The translations under genes and the position numbers were made by a program. DNA of 64,000 bases. Origin: Octopus sinensis. Lineage: Eukaryota. Numbering within the stretch: the first letter of the stretch is position 1; every line of letters begins with the position of its first letter. Positions 50,912 through 62,685 of the stretch are shown piece after piece. The DNA lies in contig NC_042997.1 of assembly GCF_006345805.1 (NCBI RefSeq), positions 116,746,001 through 116,810,000 on the forward strand, read 5' to 3'. A model generated the notes under the pieces. The model saw only the letters and a program-made list of their open reading frames with translations. It was not told the origin of the DNA and did not search any database.

Positions 50912-51627
50912 AGATGTTAACACATTACCAAAAGTCCACCTAAATGTTCCATGTAGACGACTTCTTTTAGTTATTGAGTAGCCAAAAAAACTTCAATATT
51001 TTTTAACTCGAAGACTAGTGCGACTGGTGTATCGTGCTATTGATTTTCAAGATTATATTACACTGACATGTCTATTGATATTCTCCGATTCGGCAAAACC
51101 AGAAGAGACAGCAGTAATAAATGTGGCAAATTTAGGGTCTTTTTGTCCGAGGGAAATAGTAAATCAGTGTACATGCCCAATGAAAATATATTTTGGATTG
51201 ATAAGTATAGAAATTATCTTTGTTGGGATTCTATGCCTCCCACGTACATTTGAAACCATTCCTTTCACTGATTTGCCAGATGTTAGCCTCCGGTTACTTC
51301 ATAATTGATTCTGTCATTCTAGGCCAATCATAAGATATAAATCCTAAGCTGGTTCATTAAAGATGTAAGAACCATGGAACCACTTTATATTTCATATTCC
51401 ATATATATAAATATATAGATGCGAGCTTAGCACGTTGCTCTCAGCAACGCGAGCAAGGTGTGGTTTTTTACATATTTTAGAATATATGTTTGGAAAATTG
51501 CATACAAATGCAGAGCTACAATAAATATTATTTAATTGGAAATATTTGAAAAATATAAACTGATATGTGGAATTAGGGATAAAAAGACAAATTGGACGAC
51601 AATGACAAGCTTAACTTAGCATCTTAA

Positions 51628-52510
51628 GTTAACGTCCGGATCTTTGTGGTTTTCGTCACTGTTTACAATTTTGTTGTTTTCAAATTTGGTATAGGGATTA
51701 AGTTTTATATACTAATTATGAAAATGAAATTAATTTCCCCTATAAATCCATAATTAAAAAGTTATTAGCCTTTGCATCTTGCAAAATTTAGGTATTTTAG
51801 CCAATCTGAAGCGGGTATTTTGGACATCACCGTAGCGAAGAAGTCTGTTTCTATAGTAACCAAGCAAAGAAGCACCACGTATTCCATAGCTGATTGCAAA
51901 GAACTCGGTTTCCATAGAAATCAACGATGCTGCGTATGCGCACAAGGTGTGTAACCACCACCTGTTCTATAATTGTTAGTTTTAATAATAGATGGGACTC
52001 TCACTCAACAAATTGAAAGTACCCGAACGTGGTTGACTCTTATCTTTGTGAATTTGTGTGGAGAAGGAGATATGAGAAAGAGAATTTACTTTATAAAATC
52101 CCAGAGTGTATTGCAAACTTTTGTTCTTGAAATTTTTAAACAAATATGTCTGTTTTAAACAATGTTTTGACTGTTATTTCTAGGAACTCCTGTTTGTTCG
52201 TAGCTTTAAATATTTAATTTGCTCGCGAACTCTTTCATGTTTTTCACTGCTTACTGTAGCTAGTTTAATGTTTTGGCATGCCGATGTTATCCCACCCCAC
52301 CGATGATGGAAGAGGCAGCGAACGCGTTGTTTTCTGATTGGCTGAAAATCCTGAAAATTATCAAACTTTGAACAGCTGTAACATTTTTGCAAATTTTTTC
52401 TGGAATAAAATTCAGATTCGGCGTCAAAAATTACATCTATATAATACATTAAATTTTTTTTAAAAAAGATAATTGTAAACAGTGACGAAAACCGTAAAGA
52501 TCCTAACATC
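51628..52510. mobile_element. Non-autonomous TIR DNA transposon (about 880 bp), TTAA at both flanks
   Basis: GGATCTTTGTGGTTTTCGTCACTGTTTACAATT (51638-51670) versus the reverse complement of 52471-52503, 31/33 identical. TTAA at 51624-51627 and 52511-52514. Confidence 0.7.
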
Positions 52511-52540
52511 TTAAGGATGTTGTATTGAAAGGTTTACATA

Positions 52541-52935
52541 TAGGAGCAGGAGTGGTTGTGTGGTAAGCAGCTTACTTCCTAGTGACATGGTTCTTGGTTC
52601 AGTCTCACTACATTGCACCTTGGGCAAGTGTCTTCTACTGTAGCCTTGGGCCGACTAGAGCCTTGTGAGTGGATTTGGTAGATGAAAACTAAAAGAAGCC
52701 CGCCATATATATATGTCTATATTTGCGTTGTTTGTACCCCCACCACCGCTTGACAACCCACCGCTTGGTGTGTTTACGTTCACGTAACTTAGCGGTCCTG
52801 AATAAGACCGATAGAATAAGTACCAAGCTTTAAACAAAAAAAAGAAAAAATACTGAGGTTGATTCATTCAACTAAAAATTCTTCAAGGCGGTGCCCCAGC
52901 ATGGCCGCAAACTGATGACTGAAACAATTAAAAAA
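52541..52935 (+). mobile_element. SINE-B
   Basis: AGGAGCAGGAGTGGTTGTGTGGTAAG head to CATGGCCGCAAACTGATGACTGAAAC tail. Confidence 0.88.
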
Positions 52936-54353
52936 TACAGTACAGTTTCTGATGACAGTAGGCTAGACGTGGCAACAAATCATTGCTTGCATTCTGTTGT
53001 AATCGTTTCCAGGTAACCCCATGATCGACATTGAAACAACCAGATAGGAAACTGTCAGCAAAATGCAACGTATCCCTATTCTATTCTGTCGATAGATCAT
53101 AATAATGATGAGCTTCCAGTTGCGCCAGCTACAATTTCAAATGGACATTTCCTGATGAGACCACATCTTTAAACAGGGGGAATACAACTGACCGGTAACG
53201 ATATCAGAGAGTTATAAGGAAAGGATTAAATTTTGCAGAGTTGAAATGCCTAAAGCAAAGGGAGAAAAATTTAAGGAAGATCCTCTACACTACATCTTCT
53301 CCCTATATGTAGGCATACTCATTAGAACGTAGAACAAGATGCTTAATAGTACTTCCCATTGCGTTCTGACTTCAAATTTCGCCGAGGTCGAATTTTCTGT
53401 TAATTTTTCGGAGTTGACAAAATTAACACCAGCTGAGCACTGGGTTCGAATTGTTGATTGTGTGCCAAAATTTGAAACGATTGTGTTAGTAATAACATCT
53501 TATCTGCTTTCTGTTCATACACGGTTACTGGAGACAACTAAGGAAATATTTTATATTTACACCTTGATCTCAAAGGGTGATATAATTTCCGTTTTGGAGC
53601 CGAATCGTCGAGTGAAAGACAACGAACCCATAAGTTCACTTTCAAAAGGGTTTGAAGGAGTCCATCTGCACCAATAACCGCTGCCATGTCAAATTGATAG
53701 CAGAAGCTGTCATTGCTGCCTCCTCATGTACTATGTGAAAGTGTCAATGCAGACTACAACAGTCCTTTTGCGGTAAAGGCGTCGCTCTGCGATCTGACAA
53801 GCTTCTCGTCTTCTCAGTTATGGGACAGTTGTGCCACAGATGCATAAGATTTGAAGTTCAATTACTGTGGAGATTGAACTCCTAACATTCTATACACGCT
53901 AACAGGATCGTGACGCGTGTAAGGTCATTCTGGAGAGAGTGATATGAAAAGAATAGTTTGAGGCGGTTGATACTTCAAATCTGAAGAGTAATAACAGAAA
54001 GGAGAAAAACACCCTTAAACAGGTGTATTTGCTTATGTCCCTATGTATCTCGAAACGTTATCCGTTTTATTTCATCAAGATCTATTATCAGTTTGTCGAA
54101 CTGATAAAGATAACAATGGCGCCCACTTTAGCTAGTAAAAGTACAAAACCGGGGGTGTATTCATATATTCCCCCATGCATTTATATAGTGTATGTATAGA
54201 AGTAAATAGTATTAAAATTATCTCAACGAATAATGGACTGTTGCAGGGTTTATGGCTAATTACATAAAAATGATCCAACTAGATATGTTTATATAATTGT
54301 CAGCTATGACAATTATAACAATCTGCAAATTTACGCCCACAATCTAATCAGTT

Positions 54354-54403
<50 letters not shown>

Positions 54404-54469
54404 AGAAAAAATTAATTTATAAATGAGCATTAAAAAGTGTGTGTGTAATTATATATATGATTTCGTTAT

Positions 54470-54887
54470 AGGCAGCGAGCTGGCAGATGCGTTAGCACGC
54501 CGGGCGAAATGCTTTGCGGTATTTCGTCTGCCGTTACGTTGTGAGTTCAAATTCCGCCGAGGTCGACTTTGCCTTTCATCCTTTCGGGGTCGATAAATTA
54601 AGCACCAGTTACACACTAGGGTCGATGTAATCGACTTAATACCTATGTCTGTCCTTGTCTGTCCCCTCTATGTTTAGCCCCTTGTGGGTAATAAAGAAAT
54701 AGGTATTTCGTCTGTCGTTACGTTCTGAGTTCAAATTCCGCCGAGGTGAACTTTGCCTTTCATCCTTTTGGGGTCAATAAATAAAGTACCACTTTCGCAC
54801 TGGGGTCGATGTAATCGACGTAATCCCTTTGTCTGCCCTTGTTTGTCCCTTCTATGTTTAGCTCCTTGTGGTTAGTAAAGAAAAAAA
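54470..54887 (+). mobile_element. SINE-A dimer with 16-bp TSD
   Basis: ATATATATGATTTCGT at 54451-54466 and 54888-54903; internal junction AAAGAAATA|GGTATTTCGTCTG at 54701/54702. Confidence 0.93.
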
Positions 54888-55273
54888 ATATATATGATTT
54901 CGTAGAATTCTCTTATGTTCCTCGGACTTCCACCTACCATGGTTTTTATGAAACGAACTGTTTTGAGATAGTTTTGAGGGGAGTAAAATCTTTTTTAGTC
55001 GATTGATTTTTTTTTTTAGTTTTTAGTCGCTTGATACGCTTTAGTAAGTCATCTTAATTATATAGTTAGTCGATTGTATATACCTTTTCTTGATAGGCCT
55101 TTCCATATATTTTGTATCTTTATGTGCATATATATTTTTTTAAATTCTGTGCTTTTATATGTTAACGGCAATGGTAATGTTTAATTATGATCATATGTAT
55201 GGAAGCGTGATGTTAAAGTCGTTGACCCGAATTTGATTTTGTTCTCTAATCAATGTTTTATATATATATATTT

Positions 55274-55608
55274 CTCAAAGAAATTCCAATTTTGATTTAC
55301 ACATTTTATTTACTATCTTATAATCTGATGAAATGATAGAATATTAAAAATGTCCATTCTGTTTAAACTAGTACTTTCATGCATTAAACCATGCAATCTT
55401 TAGGTTCATGTAATAGTAGTGACAGGTATGTTTTACAATTTACAACTGTCACCACTACTACATGAACCTGAAGATTGCATGGTTTAACGTATGAAAGTAC
55501 TAGCTCAGTCAGAATGGACATTTAATATTCTACAATTTTATTAGATTATATTATGCTATATTAAGATGATAAATAAAACTTGAAAATCAAAGTTGGAATT
55601 TCTTTGAG
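55274..55608. repeat. Imperfect long palindrome (arms about 150-160 bp, 20-nt loop)
   Basis: CTCAAAGAAATTCCAA...GTAGTGACAG / CTGTCACCACTAC...TTGGAATTTCTTTGAG; loop 55426-55445. Confidence 0.9.
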
Positions 55609-55942
55609 TAATATATTCTTCTATACACAATCATACACACCCATGTAAATATACATACATACAAGAGATAAGGCATAACAATGCACCTAAGGCCATTATT
55701 TATGTCATTTATTGTATATCAGTGAAAAAGACAATCATTTAACCGGGAAAGGCAACCATGGAGTTATAAAATTTAGCGAGGGACTTCAGCTTTGGGCCTT
55801 GCCTTAGAATCTCCTGGAACTTGTTACAAATCTGAAAACATTTTTTTAGCTTGGGTATTTATATTAAGTGAACTTGTGAAGTACTTTGCTCCGATCGATA
55901 ACGCTTATTAATAACTTGCACGCGCGCACACGCACACATGTG

Positions 55943-55980
<38 letters not shown>

Positions 55981-55989
<9 letters not shown>

Positions 55990-56405
55990 GTGTGAAATAG
56001 CTAAGATTTTTAGCTGCTATTTCTAAAAGGTCGGTGTGTGGTAAAGTAAATTATTTTACTGAACCCTATTTTTATAACGTAATGTTTCAAATATACCGTA
56101 AATGGTCTTTTTACATATTGAACACTACTTGGTAAAATTAATTGATAATTAATTAGTTTTACCCTTTTATTATTGACAATATATATATAAAAGGTGGCTT
56201 ATTAGCAACTTATAACCGAAAGGCAGAAATATAGGCGTCACTAAAGTGAGTAAGGGCACTAGTCAGCACTAGCATTGTTAGAAATATGAGTAAAAAAAAA
56301 CTCATAACCAGAGAAAGCACTTGTCAGTGCTTTCTGTGGCTGAATTGTTTTGACTCTCTTATTTCTAGTAATACTGGTGCTGACTAGTGCCCTTACTTTA
56401 GTGAC

Positions 56406-56479
<74 letters not shown>

Positions 56480-56893
56480 GTGTGAAATAGCTAAGATTTT
56501 TAGCTGCTATTTCTAAAAGGTCGGTGTGTGGTAAAGTAAATTATTTTACTGAACCCTATTTTTATAACGTAATGTTTCAAATATACCGTAAATGGTCTTT
56601 TTACATATTGAACACTACTTGGTAAAATTAATTGATAATTAATTAGTTTTACCCTTTTATTATTGACAATATATATATAAAAGGTGGCTTATTAGCAACT
56701 TATAACCGAAAGGCAGAAATATAGACGTCACTAAAGTGAGTAAGGGCACTAGTCAGCACTAGCATTGTTAGAAATATGAGTAAAAAAAAACTCATAACCA
56801 GAGAAAGCACTTGTCAGTGCTTTCTGTGGCTGAATTGTTTTGACTCTCTTATTTCTAGTAATACTGGTGCTGACTAGTGCCCTTACTTTAGTG

Positions 56894-56960
<67 letters not shown>
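55981..56960. repeat. 490-bp near-identical tandem duplication
   Basis: TATACACATGTGTGAAATAGC starts at 55981 and at 56471. I saw only two substitutions outside the (TA)n tracts. Confidence 0.95.
56237..56405. repeat. 169-bp hairpin (MITE-like); second copy at 56727-56895
   Basis: GTCACTAAAGT..AAGGGCACTAGTCAGCAC...AGAAAGCACT-TGTC-AGTGCTTTCT...GTGCTGACTAGTGCCCTTACTTTAGTGAC. Confidence 0.9.
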
Positions 56961-56981
<21 letters not shown>

Positions 56982-56989
56982 ATGTATAT

Positions 56990-57210
56990 GTCTTTTATTT
57001 GTCTCAGTCATTTGACTGCGGCCTTGCTGGACCATCGCCTTTAGTCGAACAAATCGACATCTAGACTTATTCTTTGCAAGCGTAGTACTTATTGTATCGG
57101 TATCTTTTGCCGAACCGCAAATCTACAGGGACGTAAACACACCAAAATCGGTTGTCAAGCGATGGTGGGGGCAAACAACATAGACACACAAACATACACC
57201 CCACACACGC

Positions 57211-57241
<31 letters not shown>

Positions 57242-57400
57242 CACACACGACGGGCTTCTTTCAGCTTCCGTCTACCAAATTCACTCGCGGCTTTGGTTGG
57301 CTCGAGGCTATAGATGAAGATACTTGCCCAAGGTGCCACGCAGTGGGACTGAACCTGGAACCACGTGGTTGGTAAGCAAGCTACTTACCACATAGCCGTA
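56990..57400 (-). mobile_element. SINE-B
   Basis: Family B tail, microsatellite and head on the minus strand. Confidence 0.88.
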
Positions 57401-57491
57401 AAAATTAAAAGCAGAAATGCGAAAGCATGTTTAAAGATTCTTTCTACTTTTTCCTTTAATGAGACTGGATAACTATTTTTATATTTGAAAG

Positions 57492-57790
57492 ATTAAGTGA
57501 CTTTTATAAAATATTACAAGTTTCGATGCGTATGTCCATCTTATCAAATATTAAAAATTCGAAGTCAAGGATTAGGAAATAAAAAAAGAAAATAGAAATC
57601 AAAACAGTTTTGTCTCATTCTGTGCGTAGTTAAAAACATGTTCTGAACTGCGAGAGGATAACGCGTTTTAATTTAATATGAAAACAAATTTTTTAATTTC
57701 CAATTTCTTTTTTATTTCCTAATCCTTGACATTGAAGTTTTAATATTTGATAAGATAGAAACCGGTAATATTTTATAAAAGTCACTTAAT
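57492..57790. repeat. Imperfect inverted repeat (arms about 115-125 bp, weaker extension to 57467/57814)
   Basis: ATTAAGTGACTTTTATAAAATATTAC...GTCAAGGATTAGGAAATAAAAAA, and its reverse complement ending at 57790. Confidence 0.88.
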
Positions 57791-58480
57791 GTAACATATA
57801 TAAAAATACTTACCCGATTAAAGTAAAAAAAGTAAAAATGAATATTTACATATACTTTCGTGTTGTTTCAACGTTTACCTTTTACCTACAACCTTTAATT
57901 TGTATGGATTCCTAACTACTTTTAAATTATATATATATCCACCCGTGTGGTAAATTTTGCTTTGTGAAAAACGAATTATTTAGTGATTGAAGGTGTTCTG
58001 TTATCTCTCTCTCTCTCTCTCTCTCACATATATATATATATATATATATATATAGCCAGCCAAAATTTCCAAGTGACTGTCCATGGCACTCTTGCTTAAG
58101 AATAATATATTATATATTGTTGTATCATTGAATTTTTCTGCTCTTTTTCAACCACATGTTTTGATTGTCTAACTTCACGTATTATTTGTTTTTCCTTGCT
58201 TCGTAATCGCACTCGTTTTATTTGTGTAGCTTTTATCTTTTGGACTATGTCTCTCTTTTCCTGCCTCTCTGTCTCCGTCTCTGAAAATATATACACACCC
58301 ACACATGCGAAGTAAACAAGTCTTAAAACAGCGAAGTGTTTATTTGATTCTCTGTATAGATTGTTTTTCTTTGACAAATGATATTTCAAACATTGTGCAA
58401 ATCTGTAAAAGCAAATCTTAACGAGATATAGGTAGTATTATGCAGAATGTTCATTTCTACATATTTACACATATACATAC

Positions 58481-58823
58481 ATCTTAATATATGTTTTCTT
58501 TTTACTGGACGCAAAGACAGTCTATTTTAAAGAAAGGGAAGTTAGACAGTTAACGTTTCTCGTGAGTATTAGCTGTTTAAGTGAAATAGGCTTTAGTCAA
58601 GATTAAAGCGATCACACAATTCCAGCTCTTAGAGATTACTTATTGTATTATTCCACACCCCAGCATAATCATTAGTTTCTTAAATTGACGCAAAATGATT
58701 TTAAAAGTAATGCACACGTATAATTCTTAAATTACAAATTTGTAAAAGAAAATACAAAACTATTTAAGCAATGGGACTGCTATTTCCAGTGGAGTTCCAA
58801 ATAAAACAGAAAAACTGAATATG
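58481..58823. repeat. Left arm of a 343/350-bp inverted duplication
   Basis: Reverse complement of 60562-60911. Confidence 0.95.
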
Positions 58824-59884
58824 AAATATATTGATTGTAAAAAAACTGTTTCTTGACAAAAATAACATACGTTAGCGCATTTGTTACATTAATTATGAAT
58901 CTATTCTAATTACAGCTATGATGGATGTCAGTTTCTTCAAGAAGAAACCGATGAAAATGATATAACGAAAAAAGATAGCTTGTGGCCATAATAAGATCGA
59001 AATGTAGTATTGGTTGAGAAGAGATATGAGTAAAATATTACCAGAAACAACCGCGAGACAAGTTTAAAAAGTCTGGGGAAATAACAGTTTTAGAGAAATT
59101 ACAATTGTCACCATATTTATCTATTACTGTTATTATCAACTGTACGATTAAAAAAATTATAATTAGTATTTTAGGTGGTTGAAAGTATCAATTAATTTGA
59201 TTTAATACTGCGGATAACTTTAGGTTTTGTGGCTCAAATAGCATTCAACCAGACCTAAGAACTTGCATAGATGTGAAATTCACTATATTGACTGTATAAA
59301 TGAAGAGTGAGATGAAACAGTCTCACCAATGACTTTTAGACTGGATGCAGGGTCATCATTTTGTATTTGGTTGTCGTTCCATTCGTGTGGCACCATTTCT
59401 CAAGTATTTTTGTTTGAACTGGAATAAGAAAATTGTGCGAATTTGCTTTTTGCCCATGTATTCAACGTTCCGGAAAAATGGCCTAATTATTCAAAAAGAA
59501 AAAGAGTAACACGATTAGATAGGGCGAAAAACGGGCTTTAAAATGATAACGAAAATTAATTTGGAAATACATCATTTGAAACTAAAATTAAAAATTCCGA
59601 AACAACTTTCTTGACAACCTAATATATACGTCAGAGGGGTGAAAGTGAATGCCGATGGAATTTGAAACTGGAGCCTTGAGGTACACAAACTAAATGTATT
59701 TCATTCAACTGCCCATTTGTTTCTTCAGCTATTTCCACCAAATCCACCGCCATTCACAGAAACACATACTAGAACTAACAGTCAGATCTCTCTCCAGTCG
59801 GACTGCAATGTCTTTGGTCACGGATGGAACTCTTTTGATCTCATGTCTGTTCAGTCGAGTTCACAAGGGGCTCATCTTTTCTAC

Positions 59885-60068
59885 TATAGGTACAAGGCCT
59901 GACATTTTGGGGGAGGGGACCAGACAATTACATCGACCCAGTGCGTAACTGGAACTTAATTTATCGACCCTGAAAGGATGAAAGGCGAAGTCGACCCCGG
60001 CGGCATTTGAACTCAGAACGTGAAGCATTTTGCCCGGCGTGCTAACGATTCTTCCAGCTCGCCGCCTT
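59885..60068 (-). mobile_element. SINE-A copy inside the inverted-repeat spacer
   Basis: GAAAGGATGAAAGGCGAAGTCGACCCCGGCGGCATTTGAACTCAGAAC...CCAGCTCGCCGCCTT. Confidence 0.85.
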
Positions 60069-60561
60069 CACAAGGAGCTAATTCTCATCGTTACTGTCAT
60101 CATCTTCATATGAGATTAGGTTATCAAAATGAGACTACGTGGTATTTGAACCTTTTATGTGTTTGTAAAACTGCTTCGCTGACATAAGTGATGCGATTCT
60201 ACCGGTTATAAACAGTGAATCGTCAACTGAGACTTTGCTGTTAGCTGTACTTCTTGCTATAGCGCTCAGCTCTTATTATATTGGTCTATTTTGGCAAGAC
60301 ACCACTGTCTTGTCTACAGTGAGTGAACATAGAGATTCGTGGCATGCACGACTTTTGTTGATTGTTTTTTTTTTTTTACCCAATCTCATCTCTTGTCTCT
60401 TCCTTTTCAAACGGTGAAAAGAACCTTGTAGTAACAAGAAAATGAAATTGGTTCGCCAGGTTTTCTCAGAGCATTCAGTTTTGGTACCTGTAACTCGCCA
60501 ACTTTATATTACTTATAAAGAAGAGCCATGAGTGGTAGACACAGAACACCGAATTAAATAC

Positions 60562-60911
60562 CATATTCAGTTTTTCTGTTTTATTTGGAACTCCACTGGA
60601 AATAGCAGTCCCATTGCTTAAATAGTTTTGTATTTTCTTTTTACAAATTTGTAATTTAAGAATTATACGTGTGCATTACTTTTTAAAATCAATTTTGCGT
60701 CAATTTAAGAAACTAATGATTATGCTGGGGTGTGGAATAATACAATAAGTAATCTCTAAGTGAGCTGGAATTGTGTGATCGCTTTAATCTTGACTAAAGC
60801 CTATTTCACTTAAACAGCTAATACTCACGAGAAACGTTAACTGTCTAACTTCCCTTTCTTTAAAATAGACTGTCTTTGCGTCCAGTAAAAAGAAAACAAT
60901 ATTATTAAGAT
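60562..60911. repeat. Right arm of the inverted duplication
   Basis: Reverse complement of 58481-58823 plus 7 extra nt. Confidence 0.95.
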
Positions 60912-62210
60912 TGATATTTCTTAGAAAATATATCGGGATAACAAATAAAATGCATATAAAATCACGTTGAAATTGAATTCCGAGCAATAATCTAATATGA
61001 AAGATGAGAAAAATAAAATAGTTGAAAAACATATTGTTATGAAGTTACGCAGGTATGAAGCAAGTAGAATCTCTGCGTTATTGAGCTTTTAATGTGAATC
61101 CGGATATTTCGGAAAATGGAAAGATTTTTGTATTTTCATTTGATTATAGGAAATTTAAGTTGAAAGAACTTATGTGACTGTGAGGACGAGAATAAAAACA
61201 GGTGATGGAGAAAACGAACGATGCATAAAAACATCGTTATTAAGTTGATTCGGCCAGAAAAACTAATTATTAAACTAGACAATATAACTGCCGATCAAAG
61301 AAATATGAATGAAATATTTTGTACTACTCTTAGGCAGTTAAAAAACGGGTCGTGTAAGATCCTAACCTTATTAGCGGATTTCTGGTGTACAGACAGCAAT
61401 CGGGAAGATATTCTGCTGAAGTATATACGGATATATGAAATTAACTTAAATGTAAAGTAAAGTTGTGTCATGTAGCTAGGAAATAACATATTTTATTAGG
61501 TTATACAATACCCGAGTAATTAATGCAAAATGGTTTTAAGTTTTTGAGAAGAATCCTATTGCCGGCGCGTAATATGCTTCTTTACCAAAAAATTTCCAAA
61601 CTTATGGGTGATCAATAAATTGGAATCAGTTAACTAATTGTATAGATCAGATTACGAACGGTAAAGATCTGCCTTAATTCAAAAGACTCGATTATTTGAG
61701 AGGTTTTTAAGAAATATAATTATTGAATATTTTACATGAATTTTTAATATTTGTAATTTTTGAAATTACACACGTAGAAGTAAGCAGATGTGCACACACT
61801 CTGTCATTTGATAGGGTGATAGAATGACAGCTATTCGTGAATGTGTATTCTTTCATGTTTCAGCCCTGAGAGAGACTGCGGTCATCTGACTACTCTCCTG
61901 CCTTCATCTCATACCTACTTCCTCACTTCACTGGTACCCACCTCCCTTCATCGTTACCCCCCCTCCATCCGCCCCACCCACATCCTCACCCAAACCCACA
62001 CCCCATCCTTACATCTCCACATCCCACCCTCGCACCACCACACCATGTCACACCACACAACATGTCACACCACTCCGCACATACTAGCACTGACCACTTC
62101 CCAATACCCACACCATCATCACCCACTCATTAGATGCACAAACACACGCACATATTGACCGCTAGCTCCAAAAGATTTTTTATTCTCTCTCTGTTTATTT
62201 CCTTGTGTTG

Positions 62211-62340
62211 CTCTCTGTTGAAGAGCGTAGGCTCGAAACGAAAAAATATTTTCTCACCTTCCCAAGCGTTAAACTAATACCCCTATTTGTTGTTTATACA
62301 CCTGCTTTCGTCTTTTGTTTTACTGTAAATTTCAGCTTGT
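62211..62340 (+). mobile_element. Third copy of the hammerhead-motif repeat, preceded by a C/A-rich tract (61880-62160)
   Basis: CTCT-CTGTTGAA-GAGC-GTAG-GCTC-GAAACG plus the shared downstream block, ending at (TA)n. Confidence 0.6.
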
Positions 62341-62388
62341 TATATATATATATTATATATATTATATATATTATATATGTGTGTGTGT

Positions 62389-62685
62389 GGAGGCGCAATG
62401 GCCCAGTGGTTAGGACATCGGACTCGCGGTCGTAGGATCGCGGTTTCGATTCCCAGACCGGGCGTTGTGTTTTTTGAACAAAAACACCTAAAGCTCCACG
62501 AGGCTCAGGCACGGGGTGGTGGCGATCCCTGCTGTACTCTTTCGCCACAACTTTCTCTCTCTCTTTCTTCTGTTGGCTTGCTCGCTTAGCCAGCGAGGTG
62601 GCGTCATTTGAAGGCTAAAACAATGCGAAACGCATTGTGACCAGCGATGTGTAGCAACATCTGATAGCTTGGTCGGTCATCTGAT
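62389..62685 (+). mobile_element. SINE-C, near full length
   Basis: tRNA-like head to ...GCAACATCTGATAGCTTGGTCGGTCATCTGAT, lying between microsatellites. Confidence 0.9.

Noticed and set aside
59694-59948. Overlapping ORFs after a strong TTTCTTCAG acceptor
   Set aside because: Looks like a degraded CR1/Jockey-like C-terminus running into a SINE-A tail
60216-60318. Hydrophobic frame ending at CA|GTGAGT
   Set aside because: Weak acceptor and no homology recognised; cannot be supported as an exon
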